DNA of 63,997 bases, counting the filler, from Octopus bimaculoides (lineage: Eukaryota), in the NCBI RefSeq assembly GCF_001194135.2. It is 4 parts of 4 records of this genome, joined end to end, with 100 filler letters (N's around TTAATTAATTAA, not from the genome) between each part and the next. Parts side by side here need not be neighbours in the genome. Positions count along the whole stretch, not along the records: positions 1 to 17,574 come from NC_068981.1; 3 more parts are not named here. One strand, given 5' to 3'. The translations under genes were made by a program, and so were the position numbers. Every line of letters starts with the position of its first letter. Within the stretch, counting starts at the first letter, position 1. The notes under the pieces were generated by a model. That model was not told the origin of the DNA, made no database searches, and saw only the letters and a list, made by a program, of their open reading frames with translations. Below are positions 1-13,944 of the stretch, one piece after another.

Positions 1-38
<38 letters not shown>

Positions 39-567
39 CATACACACATACATATATAAAAGGAAATGCACACCTATATACACACGCCATATTTATGAAT
101 ACTCATACAATTATGTTCCTGCATGCCCTCACACACATAAACACACATATATACACGCAAATATCTGTTTTATTCGTATGGAAATTCCAATGAAATCTTC
201 AATTGTTTTCTTTGATTACTTTTCTTTCTGAGAAAGAACCAAATTGTTAACAAATCAACCGTGTTGTATCCGCTCTGTATGTCACACAAAGCTGACCGTA
301 AGCTACTGAGAGGCTAATACTATTGCTTTGTGATTACATTTACACATGCAATGAGGCAAAACACTCTCAAATTAAGTATGGAATACGAATCATCTTTTGC
401 TGTCGTTACCACATGTTTGCCTGCATGTTGTCTCCTTATAGAGGCTGGAATTATGCTTATCACACTTCTACCTTTATATCATTCCTTAGTCATCGTGTAT
501 ATATATATATACATGTATATATATATATGATATCGGTGGCTAAGGAATAGTATAGTGTACAGGAGTT

Positions 568-606
<39 letters not shown>

Positions 607-790
607 NNNNNNNNNNNNNNNNNNNNNNNNNNNNNNNNNNNNNNNNNNNNNNNNNNNNNNNNNNNNNNNNNNNNNNNNNNNNNNNNNNNNNNNNNNNNNN
701 NNNNNNNNNNNNNNNNNNNNNNNNNNNNNNNNNNNNNNNNNNNNNNNNNNNNNNNNNNNNNNNNNNNNNNNNNNNNNNNNNNNNNNNNNN

Positions 791-821
<31 letters not shown>

Positions 822-1459
822 CATATATATATGATATAAAAATTTTATGTATATATGTATACAGCTATCTATTTAGGTCTCTCTTTATTCTCTATGTATG
901 TATGTATGTATGTATCTATCTATTTAGTTAGTTATATGAAGTAAATATATTCATGTATCTATAAATATGATCTCAGACTGAAGAAAACATCATAAGAAAA
1001 CATATATATCATCAAGGAGGACAACACACGGGTTTCTTATGGCGTAATCAAACTGTCTACTACAGCACGCGCGTTGCATCAGTTCCAAACTACCAAGAAT
1101 AGTAATTGTTTAATTTATAATACTAAAGAATACCATTATTTGCCATCTTATCACATCAGTAAGCTAAAATACCTTTGTTGCCTCTTAAACACAAAAAAAT
1201 ATCTTGATAGAATATATGACAATGTTGTATGACGTTAAGATTGTGAAATTGTTTAAGAGGAAACTTTATAAAAATGTACTCTGTAATTAGTTATTTCCCA
1301 AACGGTCAAGATATTCTAAATATGACTCATAAATGTATGTTTATATATTTACACATCTCTTTCTGAATATATCTCCTCATTTGTCAATCAGTATGCATCT
1401 GTATATATCAAAGAGTGAGAGTTTCCAGGAGTTTTTGACTTAGGGGTATATATTCCCAA

Positions 1460-1870
1460 TATCTGTGGCCGGGACGTCAATCCGCCTCGCAGAATTACTC
1501 ACTTTTAGGCGGCGAGCTGGTAGAAACGTTAGCACGCTGGGCCAAATGCTTAGCGGTATTTCGTCTGCCGTAACGTTCTGAGTTCCAATTCCGCCGAGGT
1601 CGTCTTTGCCTTTCATCCTTTCGGGGTCAATAAATTAAGTACCAGTTACGCACTGGGGTCGGTGTAATCGACTTAATCCCTATGTCTGTCCTTGTTTGTC
1701 CCCTCTATGTTTAGCCCCTTGTGGGTAATAAAAAAATAAGAATTACTCAATTTTGCCAGCTGAGAAAAGTGAAGTGAAGTGTTTTGCTCCAGAACACGAA
1801 GCATCGCCCGGTGCAGGAATCGAAACCACAATCTCATGATCATGACTGCATCATCCTAACCATTAAGCTA
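1460..1870 (-). mobile_element. Older tRNA-derived SINE interrupted by a younger SINE
   Basis: The reverse complement of ~1790-1870 reads TAGCTTAATGGTTAGG...GGTTTCGATTCCTGCACCGGGCG (A/B-box-like head). The body resumes on both sides of the 1508-1738 insert. Boundaries approximate. Confidence 0.6.
1508..1738 (+). mobile_element. Young tRNA-derived SINE (family A) with 17-bp TSD
   Basis: GGCGGCGAGCTGG head, B-box-like GAGTTCCAATTCC, central GTCG..TTTGCCTTTCATCCTTTCGGGGTC..TAAATTAAGTACCAG. Near-identical to 47900-48128. TSD AGAATTACTCACTTTTA (1491-1507) / AGAATTACTCAATTTTG (1739-1755). Confidence 0.9.
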
Positions 1871-1899
1871 GGCAACGGAGACGTGTAAATATGTGCATA

Positions 1900-2106
1900 T
1901 GTTGTAATCCTTAATGTCGGATTGTTATAACGCCCACTCTGATATATCAGTATAGTTAATAAGACAAGTAAGATCACGACTGTCTATGACTGTCTACTTC
2001 GTACTCTCTCTCTATATACTGACCGACGTCACTTATTTATAGTGACTAGAACATACCACCCGTCACATGGCAGGGCTGTACCATGATTACTATTATCCCA
2101 ACAACA
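1900..2106 (-). mobile_element. 3' LTR of Gypsy element 1
   Basis: TGTTG...CAACA termini. On the minus strand it is immediately preceded by the polypurine tract AAAAGGGGAAA (~2107-2117). Confidence 0.75.
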
Positions 2107-5100
2107 TTTCCCCTTTTAAATTTTCCTCTTTTTCCCGGGAAAGCCATTTTATTTCTGTTAGTAATACTTTTTATATCACTCGCCTCCCTTCTTTGAGTTT
2201 GCTTTTCTTAGTTACACATTTAATATTTTCTGTTTGGCTTCAACTTCCAAGAACTCTCTACATTTTCTTTTACTGACGCTTGTGCACCTGGGTTCAATCA
2301 CCTGTAGTGGCCTTGGCACTTGGAACGTTTCATAAAACTATTCCATTATTTCTTCCATTCTCTTGGGTTCGCTGTCAACGAATCTTTTGTTCATTTGGTT
2401 CATATGTCTCTTGTATACGCCTTTTCTATTTTTTACCAAGTATAACAATATTCTTATGCGTTTGATAATTACACCATCTTTCCAACTCTCTTTTCCGTTC
2501 TTATATGCCTTCACAAATACCTTTGCGCCAATTCTGAAAAATCTTGCTATATTTTCCGTTGCAATTTTTCTCTTATAGCCCGATAGCAGTTTGTCGAAGG
2601 CCGATTTTATTTTCCTCGCAAACATCAGTTCCGTTGGTGACATACCTACTGGTGTATTCGGATTTGGTGTAACATGGTATACTCTTAAGAATTGTCGTAG
2701 TGCTACCTCATCCGTGACTTACTCGATTTATTCTCTTGAACGTGTTGACAAAGCGATCTGCTTGTACGTTAGATCTGGGATGGTATGGCGCTGTAGTTAC
2801 ATTTTCTACAGCGAACGTTTCACAAAACTTTTTAAACTCAAAAGACACAAATTGCGTTCCATTGTCAGACACTATCGCATCTTAGCTGCCAAATCTTGCA
2901 CACAGCTCATGTAAAAAATGTCACAGTTGAAGCGGTTGGCTTCTTACACTTACAAATTTCTGGACATTTAGAGAAAATATCAACTACCACTAATTAGTAT
3001 GAGCTGTTTAAAAGACCAGCGAAATCGACGTGTAGTCTCGATCACGAAACGTCTACTTTTGTCGAAAGTTCATTTTTTATCGTCGGTAATTTTGCCGCTA
3101 GAGCACATCCTCTACAGCTTTTTACTAAAGTTTCGATTTCTCTATCCATTTTTGGCCAGTACACATAACTACACATTAACGCTTTCATCCTTGAAATACC
3201 GAGATGTCCAACATGAAATTCCCTCAACATTTTCTTTTGTGGTGTTTCAGTTATCACTATGCATTCATCAGTACGTCATCACATTCACAGAACGTCTTGG
3301 TTCCTGATATCAGTGTTCTATTCATTTCTATTATGAATTTGTCCTTTTCCGCATTTCACTTTATGTCGTCTATGGTTACCGCTAATTCGCGTACCAGATT
3401 CCACATTATATTTTTTATTTCTCCTTCTGCTCTTAAAGCTGCGATTGCCGTATTTTCGAATGGCTCGCTGTGTTTCGGTATCAATCTGGGCAAACCATCT
3501 GCATGCCCAACCTATTTGACAGTAGATATTCAATTTTGTAGTCATAATTCAATAATGTGGTGCCCCTCGCTGTAGTTTATTTCCTGTGTGTATTCCTTTT
3601 TTCGAACCGTATATTGACGCCAGAAGTGGGCGATGATCTGTTTGTAGACAGAAACTTCTTCCATGAATAAATCTATGGAGTTTTTTCGCACCGAATATGA
3701 TTGCTAACGCTTCCTTTTCTATCTGACTATAGTTCCTTTCAGCTGGTGATAACGATCATGACGTATGAGCTGTAGCATGTTTACTCCCATCGTCAAGCTT
3801 GGGCAGAAGCACGGCTCCTACACGGTAATCACTCGCATCTGTAGCCAATATAATATCTTTGGATCAAAATGCGTTAACGATAAGTCCAATGTTAAAACGT
3901 CTTTTAACTTGTCAAATGCCTTCTGACACTTATCAGTCAAACACCATTTTGTGTTTTTGTTTAACAGATCATTGAGAGCGTCCATTACATTATGTATATT
4001 GGGAATGTAAATTTGATAATATTTTACTAAACCCAAGAATGCTTGTAGCATAGTCACACTATTCGGCACGGGTATATTTTGTATCGCAGTTGCTCTGGAC
4101 GGATCTGGTTTTCGTTCGTTTTTATCTATCATCTGGCCCAAATATAAAATTTTTTTCATAAAGAACTCGCATCGTTTCTCCGTTAACTTGAAACCGTATT
4201 CTCTAATATTCTCGAATACCTTTTTAACGTGTTCTGCATGTTGCTTATGTGATCCACTTTTTATTAGAATATCTTCTAAATAGGTGATAGCAAAAATCAC
4301 AGTCACCCAGAATTGTATCAATTATTTGCTGAGATATGGAAGGGGCTACTTTTACACCGAAGGGAAGCCGCTTAAACCTAAATAAGCCACGGTATATATT
4401 GATGGTTAATAACTGTGAGCATTCTTCTTTTACTTGGATTTGTAGATATTCCTTCAAGAGGTCTAATTTTGAGAAGAATTTCCCTCCATTCAATTTTGCA
4501 AGCACTTCCTCAGGACTCGGCAATGGGCAGTTATGTGAGATTAAGTAATCATTTAAATCTGTTGAAAAATCTGCACAAACTCTTAACTTATGTTTCTTTT
4601 TACGTAGACCAAAGGTGTTGCCCAGTGTGAGCGGTCCATCTTCTCGAGTATTCCTAGGCTTTCAAGTCTTTCAAGTTCTTTTTTTGCCTGGTAAGTTGCC
4701 GCGAATGTTACTTTCTATTTTGAACTATATATAGGTGCATTTAAGTCTCTCAGCCTCATTTGAACCTTCGACTGAACCGACTATATTCCCACACAAACCA
4801 CTTATGGGCATATTCCACAATTTAGATAGTTCCATTCACTCTGTGCTGAATAGATTAAGTGAATTTTTTGACACATACTTTTGCCGTTTTCATTTGGTCA
4901 CGAAATGTTACATTACACACAAGGTCATCAACAAAATAGCAGCTTTTACCCGTAGCACCATGTGCTACTTTTGTAGATTTACTTAATTTCGGCTTACCGA
5001 TATACTTCCAAGTTTTTCGTTCACAATACTAATATCACTTCTAGTGTCTAATCTCATTTTTACTCTTGTATTTTTAATTTTCATATTTACGAATTTTCTT

Positions 5101-5440
5101 TTCGTTATATTACCATTCACTTTCGATGACATGTTTATTCTTTTTCCCTTGTTTCAACATTTTATGATCTTGGTTTTACAGTGCGCTTTTCTGTGTCCGA
5201 TTTTTCCACAACTGTAGCATTCCACTTTCTTAAATGGACAGTTTTCCTCAGGTGTGGACCTACTCATGCATAATATATATGTCTTTTACCCGATTCTTGT
5301 CCTGTTCGTACTGTATTTTAGTACACACCTGATTTCTATTCTGCCTATTTCGCACTTGTTTCACTTGGGAACAATCTTTACGTTCAATATTCTTTGTGTC
5401 GTATCATATATTTATCATTCTTTCACACTCTTCTGACACT
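2107..5440 (-). mobile_element. Decayed Ty3/Gypsy internal region (partial gag, PR, RT, RNase H, IN)
   Basis: Zinc knuckle CYSCGKIGHRKAHC (5178-5219); protease LDTRSDISI (~5010-5055); RT FSKLDL..YLQI..RLPFGVK and YLEDILI (3818-4523); RNase [17 protein letters not shown] (~3590-3645); integrase HHCC region EFHVGHLGISRMKAL..YVYWP..CRGC (3042-3257). Domain order PR-RT-RH-IN, with many frameshifts and stops. Confidence 0.95.
5430..5439 (-). other. Primer-binding site of Gypsy element 1, tRNA-Leu-like
   Basis: The minus strand reads ...TTACAACA-AGTGTCAGAAG. CTTCTGACAC matches the tRNA-Leu 3' end as I recall it (..CACTTCTGACACCA) and abuts the LTR-like end TGTTGTAA at 5441. Confidence 0.55.
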
Positions 5441-8400
5441 TGTTGTAAGGTTACAAGATTGTTTGATGGAAATGAATGACTAGGGATAAAAGCAATGAAA
5501 GTGATTCGATTATGAGATGCGATGGCTTCAAGTCAGCTTCTGGCTTTAGTCGTGTTTTCTCTAATATGTGTTGTAAAATAATTATACACGTACAATTACT
5601 AAATGACTAGCAGAGACACGATTTCAATAGGAATTGAATTTTGTTCATTAATGTGTCACAACGTGTTTTTAAGATGACGTGTCATTTCTGTAAGGAAGTC
5701 TTCCCTTGCTATTGAAACGCAAAAATAATCAGGATATCAACTATACTACAGTTTCCTTTTCATTAGTGAGATAACGGAATATCATTGTTCACTAGTACCG
5801 ATGCTTCTTGTAACAGTTGACTCTTCAAATGGTATAGAATTTTAAGCTCCTGTTCATTAAAAATACAAAACAAGACTTCCTTCAGACGAAATCAAATATG
5901 AATTGTTGCAACGTCTAACATGCTGCTATGTTATTGGTTAGACAAGAAAAGATCTCTCTAGAAATGTGGAGCTAAATTCTGCCGGTTAAATCTTGTATGT
6001 GACAGGTGGCCGAAAATTAATTATATGTAAGTGAAATGTAAAATGAAATAGTATGATGCTGTTTTGTTGCTAACACAATTATGATGGATTGTGATTTGTT
6101 TCAAATATCAGATCTCAATAAACAACTTGAAATATGTTATAGAATAAGCAATATTTCTTTAGATGTAGAAATGTTGAATAAGCATTTACTTAAGAATTCC
6201 TGTAATGGCGTTTCTGCAGGAAGACAGAATTCAAGTGTTACTGGATGAATAAACACGATCTAAAGGAGATTCTATAGGATTTTGAACAGCAACTGCCCAA
6301 TCGAATATGTATATAATTATATATTCCATAGAAATAATGTTTGGCATGTCTTGCATTTGGCGGAAACAAAGAAATCTATAGGAAGTCGAAACAATAGAAT
6401 CTTTAAATCAAACCAAAACCTTTTCTTTTCTTTACAAGAGCGTCCACCACAATCGCCACGTAGCTATTAATCTGTAAGAGAATTATTGTATAATAAACGC
6501 ACTTTATTTAGCAGCTAATTGCTTCACTATTCTCAGTGGCTGAGGATGTAATATATCTTCTAAAACTTCGCTAGGTGTAAATCACTTTCATGAGATTTTA
6601 GGACTCTTGATTTCGGTTTAATGATTTTACCTTTGAAGTACTATGCGCGAAGAAAACTATATTTCATGGTAGTTTGATAGAAATTCTTAGAAACAGGATA
6701 CATATCTTCTCATAATGTTTAGCTGAAGAGAGCGTATGCGCAGAAAAATAACGGATACTAAATAGAATCAAAAGAGTGTGAACAGCTCACTGATATCAAA
6801 ACTATGTTATTCAGAGAAAATTTACCATACTATGAAAGTGAATGTGATAGTTCAGGTGTGAGAGATTTGTTATGATATTTGTTTATCAATAGGAAGTACT
6901 TGATTTATCTCTTTAAAGTAAGGGAGATATATTAGCTAAAGTTCCTGTGACAGTTTAAAACGATTTTGTTGATATTGAATAAGTAATTTGATATCACTAC
7001 CATAATATTTATTTTAATTTCGATTGTTGGTAGCTAAGTAATACCATAGGAAAGTAACCGTAGTTTTGGAGCTTAAACAATGATTTCTTTAAAAAAACAG
7101 ACATTTCAAGAAAATCTTTTTTACTTAGAGCAGAAGATATTCTTTAAAGCTTCAGGGCAAATAATTAATCCCTTTTGTGTCAGTTTCACAGACTACAGAC
7201 AAAAGAAAATCAGATTTCATATAATAAGAATTAATCTAAAAATCAATCAGCAATCATATCATGATTAGTATAAAAAAACAATAAAAAGCAAGCAAAACAA
7301 AAACAAAAAACAAACAAGAAAAAACCCAGAAAACAAAAGAAAAAGAAAACACGAGACAAAACAAGGTATTAAACATTATATTTTCACCTCGAGTAATTTT
7401 TGTTTATTTGAAATATAAAGACAAATGAATACTTCAATTAGTAATAATTGAAATACGCCACTAGAATCTGATGACATATATAAGATGTATGTCACCTATC
7501 TTGTTTGTATAAAAACAGCACCGATTATTGTTACAACTACTGCTGGTACTGATAATTACCTTGGTTAAAATAGATTGTAAATTATCAGAAAACAATACCA
7601 ATCTCGTTTGACTTCTGTGAAAATCCTCACACATTTTGATCGTATATATTAGTTTTAGTGTGACAACATTTCAGATAATGCTTTCAGTATTACAAAATGT
7701 TAATTGAAATACAACCTCAAGTAATTACATTTCTACAGGGAAAACATCACAGTGGTGACAATAATGAAATAACAAGACACCCATAACTTTCCTAGATATT
7801 TTAGAGTAACATCAACGGTAAATCTTTTTTTTTTTAAGCTAATTAGCTACTGATTTTAACTTTTTTGAGACATTAACTTTTCAAAGGGTACTTTCTAAAG
7901 TGTTTAAATTATAACCGAAAAACAACGGGAACTTCACAGAGAGAAATGTAAATTTGATTTTGAAAGGATTCTCCATGTTAATCTGCTTCTTTTTTATTTT
8001 CCACTTTTAATGATTCTTCATGCAATTAAATTAAGTCGCGTTGATGAGCTTCTCATTATGTATTGATGAGGAAAGCATATAATAATAAAGGAGTAAAGTG
8101 AAATAATGTCGTAGTTCGCATTGTAACGAGTCTCATCAGCAATGAATATAAATTTCATTTGCTGCATTGACTGCGAATACTAAATCACATTAATTGATGT
8201 TATATCCTAGGCATGCATTTAATTCTTGTATATAGATCTATTCTTCATTGACCGAGGACATTAAATCTCCAGAAAAATAAGCAATTCATTCATTATCATT
8301 GGATTCTACAGAGTCCAGGCGGCTTTATATTTTTGTAGAAGATCTATAGAAAGGATGACAGAATTTACCATTTTAAAATGAACATTATATTTAACAATAT

Positions 8401-8913
8401 GTTGTAAACATAAAATTTTATAACTATGGACACCCCGCCGAATTACCGATAGTTCAGAAGTTTTGTAATGACGTCTTTGAAGAGCAACTATAAACATTTA
8501 TTCGGTTAGTATCGATATATGTTTCCCATCATGAATATCTCCAGACAAATTTTATGATTATCTAAGCATGACATCATTTTAAAATGCATGTTTAGTATGA
8601 CAGAATGCATGCATGGTGTTAAAAAATCCATGAATACAAGTTTAGTGCTCAAAAATGCTTTTGTAACTTATGAATATAAAGTAACCTTTACGGTTTTAAT
8701 TATTCCTACTACAATTAAATATGATCCTCCTGGCATGTACTGACAATAATTTACCAGGTACCTCATGGGCAACACTATCTTAGTTACCATGTTTTGAGGA
8801 AATTTCTAGCATTGCGCTTGTACACCATTACACAGGAAGACAATCAAATTTCTTGAATTCCTACTTGGGGATATATATTTACGTATGCACAAAGTATAAT
8901 ATATAAATTAAGA

Positions 8914-8915
<2 letters not shown>

Positions 8916-8949
<34 letters not shown>

Positions 8950-8969
8950 GCATTTGTATGTGTGTGTAT

Positions 8970-9011
<42 letters not shown>

Positions 9012-9050
9012 ACACACACATATATGTATATGTGTGTGTATGTATGCAAT
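8916..9050. repeat. Compound (TA)n/(TG)n/(CA)n microsatellite
   Basis: Seen directly. Confidence 0.95.
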
Positions 9051-11563
9051 TTACACCAATCTTTAAATACAGCTCTCGCACAACGTGCGAGTTATGAGCC
9101 GGCTTCAGCTTAATTTCTCAAATCCTTCACTCACTCGATAACCTTTTAAAAACTAATTATTATATACCTGGTCATTCGTTCCCCCGTTAATTGTTTGTTG
9201 TTCACGAGTTCATTTCTCTGTTGAAAGAAATCCCTTCTTGCAAAGAGGAATGAAGCAAATTTCAAAACACATCTTGTTATCTTTTGAGTAACAAAAGAAG
9301 AGTATAGCGAAAACACGTAACAGGATGCTGTCTGAAGAATCATACAACGATTAGTGTAAGATTTAAGATCATGGGAACAAGAAGAGAGTTCCATGAGATA
9401 TTTGGTTGGGGAAGAAGCTACTAGAGTAGAAAAACCTTTTATAGAAGAGGACAACAAAAGTGAAGATATGAAAATTAGCAGAAAGACGAGTCACTCGATT
9501 TATATCTTTAAGGGGAAGTACAGAGAAAATTGTTCAAGAGAATAACAATTATAGATCTATTTATAGAATAAAGAAACAATGTCACAGCACTCAAGTTTAG
9601 CAGCTAAATACATGATATTTAGCTGACAAAAGAGGACCACAAATGTAAGAAACATACTTCTGAACTCGATCAAAGAAGGAAAGAGCCTCAGCAGGGGCAT
9701 TGGTAGATAAAGGACAACAGTACTCCATACAAGTGTCTAAATAAGTGATTTATAAAGATGAATATATTCAAATGAAATATAAGGATGATCTGGATTTAAA
9801 GAAACAAATTTCATAGTGAGTGATTTAGCATTAAATTTAATAATTCCAAATAAAGTCTTTAGAAAAAGTTAACACATCTTACATATCTTACAATATAATA
9901 AGTCTGTATTGATAAAATAAATATATAATCACACACACAGACAAATCCTCACACACAAACACAGACACACGCACACACACAGACACACCCTCTCATACAA
10001 ACACAGACACCCCCACACACACAGACACACATATGATCACACACAAACACGAGTCCACGCATTTATATTTACACATACAATTTCATGTTTCTATATCTAC
10101 AGACCTGAATACCAACTTCTACTTCATACATAAAACAACTGTGAAAGTACCTCGAGCTTGCCGGCTCAACAACATTAGTTCCAGAGTTAATATACATTAA
10201 AATTTATTATGTTGGGGTGCACTACATTGTGAAGTTTGACTTTACATACCATAGTGTGCATTGCACATTCATCCTCTACGATGGTCGTAGACATTTCATT
10301 ACAGCTTTTATGAATACACACAAACGTACACAGAAGCTTCTTTGCCGTATTTAACGAATACTATCTCCTCGTATCTTATAAAATCATGCTGGAGAATACA
10401 TGTGAAATTAACGTTCATCAATTAATGAACTATATATTTCATAATCTGGATTGCATCAAATTACTAGTGGGTTAAAAATTAAATTAAAAATTTAAACCCA
10501 TTCCTGAAATTTTGTTAAAGAGATATGAAGTGAATAGAATATTTTATAAAGCATAATACATCATCATTGAAATTCATAATTCATGTTAGTCTAAATGAAA
10601 CATAAATCAGTCTGAACGTTGGATAATGTGTGCAAAGCTACATTAACTGTAAATTATATTTCACAAAGAATTAATATACATATTTCAAGTCTACCACACA
10701 AGCAACTTATCTGTCTACATATTTGCTAGGAGCGATGCATCATTATTGCTGTATACTAATGAACGTGTCTTTTATCATTAACTCAGAAATGATTTCCTCT
10801 GTCGACCTGCCGACATAAACGGTCCATAGAATTGCTCATGTGCTTTCTACTATTCCTTTTCTTTACCAATATATATAGAAAAGGAAATAATTGGAACTTG
10901 TTGGTCTAAATATTGCGTAAAACGTATTGCAAAAGCATGGAAATAAACTGGTCCTTAAATATGAAACTAGCATCAGCTTTAAATTGGTACTGAAAAACAT
11001 GAACGTTAGCCTAACATATATCATAAATGTATCTATTTATTACATCTACTAGACTAAAAGCGAATTTAATTATTTTCCGCCGAAATAAAATTCTTAAGAT
11101 CGAGCTAACAGACACTCTGGCTGAAATAGTCATATCTAGTTAGATTTTCCTCTGTATATGTCTTTGGCATTTGAAGCTCACGTGTTATAATCTATGTTTA
11201 TATAATTATTAACACTATTATAAAACGTGACACCAAAGCCAAAGCAAAATGAGTGCTCGAAAAGATGTGCAGGTATCTCTCTCTTACAAACAAGGCAAAA
11301 GCACAATATTTACAGGATAAGGGAGTTTAGATATTTGCATTTTCTAACATACTTACCAACCATAATTTCTATTTGTTCAATTCTTACTTCAGTATAAAGT
11401 AAATATTCAAGCGATACTAAAATAATTTGTGACGTTTTTATATTAGAGTATTAAGTGGCATAAACAAAAGGCATTGTCTTTAGCCAATATTAGAAATCGA
11501 GTCTAGATTTTAACTCTTAAGGAGCATATTTATAATTCTACTAATTTGCTAATAACTCCTTAT

Positions 11564-11947
11564 TTGTTGTTGGCACTCCGTCGCTTACGACGTCGAGGGT
11601 TCCAGTTGATCCGATCAACGGAACAGCCTGCTCGTGAAATTAAGGTGCAAGTGGCTGAGCACTCCACAGACACGTGTACCTTTAACGTAGTTCTCGGGGA
11701 TACTCAGCGTGACAGTGTGACAAGGCTGACCATTTGAATTAGAGGCACAACAGAAACAGGAAGTAAGAGTGAGAGAAAGTTGTGGTGGAAGAGTACAGCA
11801 GGGTTCGCCACCATCCCCTGCCGAAGCCTCGTGGAGCTTTAGGTGTTTTCACTCAATAAACGCTCACAACACCCGATCTGGGAATCGAAGCCACGATCCT
11901 ATGACCGCAAATCCGCTGCCCTAACCACTGGGCCATTGCGCCTCCAC
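11564..11947 (-). mobile_element. Full-length tRNA-derived SINE (family B) with 13-bp TSD
   Basis: Minus-strand head GGAGGCGCAATGGCCCAGTGGTTAGGGCAGCGG..TTCGATTCCCAG and (CAA)n tail. Perfect TSD AATAACTCCTTAT at 11551-11563 and 11948-11960. Near-identical copy at 21080. Confidence 0.92.
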
Positions 11948-12469
11948 AATAACTCCTTATATGCTGCCAGCATTCTACACACAATTAAGGAAAATTACGC
12001 CAACATCTAGATTTGTACATTTAAGATCTGAGATCAAATATTGCCGAGATTGAATCAATATGTTACTCTTCCTTAGAGTTGGTAAAATAAATATCAACCA
12101 ATAAATTAAATATAATGCACTGATATCAAAATGAATGCATTTCACACAAAGAAGTTTCTGTGATACAGTGTTATGATATAATGGTGTTGGCTGAAAATTT
12201 TCGAATTCAATGAGGATATGTGACAATACTAATTGTTCCTATCATATGCACAGCGTCTGAAATTTTGAAAGGAAAGATTGCTAACTTCGACACCAATACT
12301 TGACAGATGTATTATTGTATCGAACCTGAACGAAAGAAAAGTAAAATTGACACGGATAGGATTCGAATAGAAACAGAAAAGAAGCGGAAAATATACGTAG
12401 AACATTTTTCTTACTTCTAACTATTCAATCCACGCACGGAAATATATGACAACCATAATATACTATTTT

Positions 12470-12470
<1 letters not shown>

Positions 12471-12523
<53 letters not shown>

Positions 12524-12600
12524 GCACACACATACGTATTTATGTATACACACACACACAAACAAACATATACATACATACTTATGTACACACACACACA
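12471..12600. repeat. (CA)n-rich microsatellite
   Basis: Seen directly; source of spurious HT/CV ORFs. Confidence 0.95.
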
Positions 12601-12612
12601 GACATGTATAAA

Positions 12613-13485
12613 ACAGAAAGTACTCAAAAGTAACCGGAAACGTCCTCTGTGGTACAAACCCGTTGTAGTTCAGGCTTTCGCCGCTAGAAGATATTTGATG
12701 CGACCCTCAGGCATCAGTCTGTCAATTGTCGGCTGCTGTAGTCGTACTGCCACGTCTTTGTTTTGCTGAGCTTCTCTCCTTTACGACGATTTTTGCGATT
12801 GCTGAAACGGAGGAACGGCGTGCTTCCGTGAAATTCTCTTTTCTTGCTGGGGAAAACGACGGCCGAACCAGTTGTCATGCTTCAAACAGCTTACAAAGGA
12901 TGCTGTCATGCGCAAAACACACGTCTACGAGTGGTTTTCATGCTTTAGGAATGGTCGCTTGTCGCTTTAAGACGAACCTCGTTCAGGATGACTTTCGACC
13001 GCTCGAACGAATGAAAATATCATGAAAATTCAGGAACTGATCTTGGAGGACCGTCACCGAAAAATTGACGAACTTGTTGATATTACTGGTATGTCCTGGA
13101 GCTTCTGCCAACGAATTTTGAGCGAGGAATTGCGAATGAAATAAGTTGCAGCAAAATTCCATCAAAAGCAGTCACGACTGAATGCGTGTCCTGATATGAA
13201 AGAACAGTTGGAAGTTGATCTGGACCTTTTTTTTTGAAGGTCATCACTGGTGACTAAAGCTGGTGCTACGGAATTTGTATACGTGGAAGAGGTGAAGAGA
13301 AAAAACGACAGAGGCGTTTAAAGGCCTAACTTTGCAAAAGCTCCAGCACTGCTTCGAATGGTGGAAGACGTGTCTGCACCGTTGCATTGCTTCAAATGGA
13401 GAATAATTTGAAGGCGATACAAGTGTAAACATGTAAAACCAAGTGAGTAATGTTTCAAAATTCCGGTGTTGGGGGTACCCACTCG
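12613..13485 (+). mobile_element. Internally deleted mariner relic
   Basis: Translates to DEPRSG*LST..ENIMKIQELILEDRHRKIDEL..RILSEELRMK*VAAKF, a VITGD*SWCY-like first-Asp motif, and C-terminal RCIASNGE*FEGD. Right TIR ends ..CCCACTCG followed by TA; left TIR is degenerate. Confidence 0.85.
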
Positions 13486-13944
13486 TATATATNNNNNNNN
13501 NNNNNNNNNNNNNNNNNNNNNNNNNNNNNNNNNNNNNNNNNNNNNNNNNNNNNNNNNNNNNNNNNNNNNNNNNNNNNNNNNNNNNNNNNNNNNNNNNNNN
13601 NNNNNNNNNNNNNNNNNNNNNNNNNNNNNNNNNNNNNNNNNNNNNNNNNNNNNNNNNNNNNNNNNNNNNNNNNNNNNNNNNNNNNNNNNNNNNNNNNNNN
13701 NNNNNNNNNNNNNNNNNNNNNNNNNNNNNNNNNNNNNNATATATATATATATATATATACATAATGATTATGTTGTAGAAATGTCGACAAATGTTGACAT
13801 GAACCAATAAAACATTTCGATAGTTAATAATGTAGTTAATGATAAGTTATTTTTGGGTCAATATCCTCCAGTATCATGCAATTTTCAGAGGTGTAGCATT
13901 CGATTGTGGTAGTTAAATTATTATTACGAGAAAAAAAAAACGAA

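Noticed and set aside
323-931. Long ORFs rich in YI/HT/CV or X (also 13244-13810, 21306-22478, 30196-30767, 34303-36279, 44812-45237, 47043-47927)
   Set aside because: Translations of microsatellites and N-gaps
3617-3632. GCCAGAAGTGGG resembling a tRNA-Leu PBS
   Set aside because: Wrong strand and position; it encodes the RNase H HRPLLAS segment
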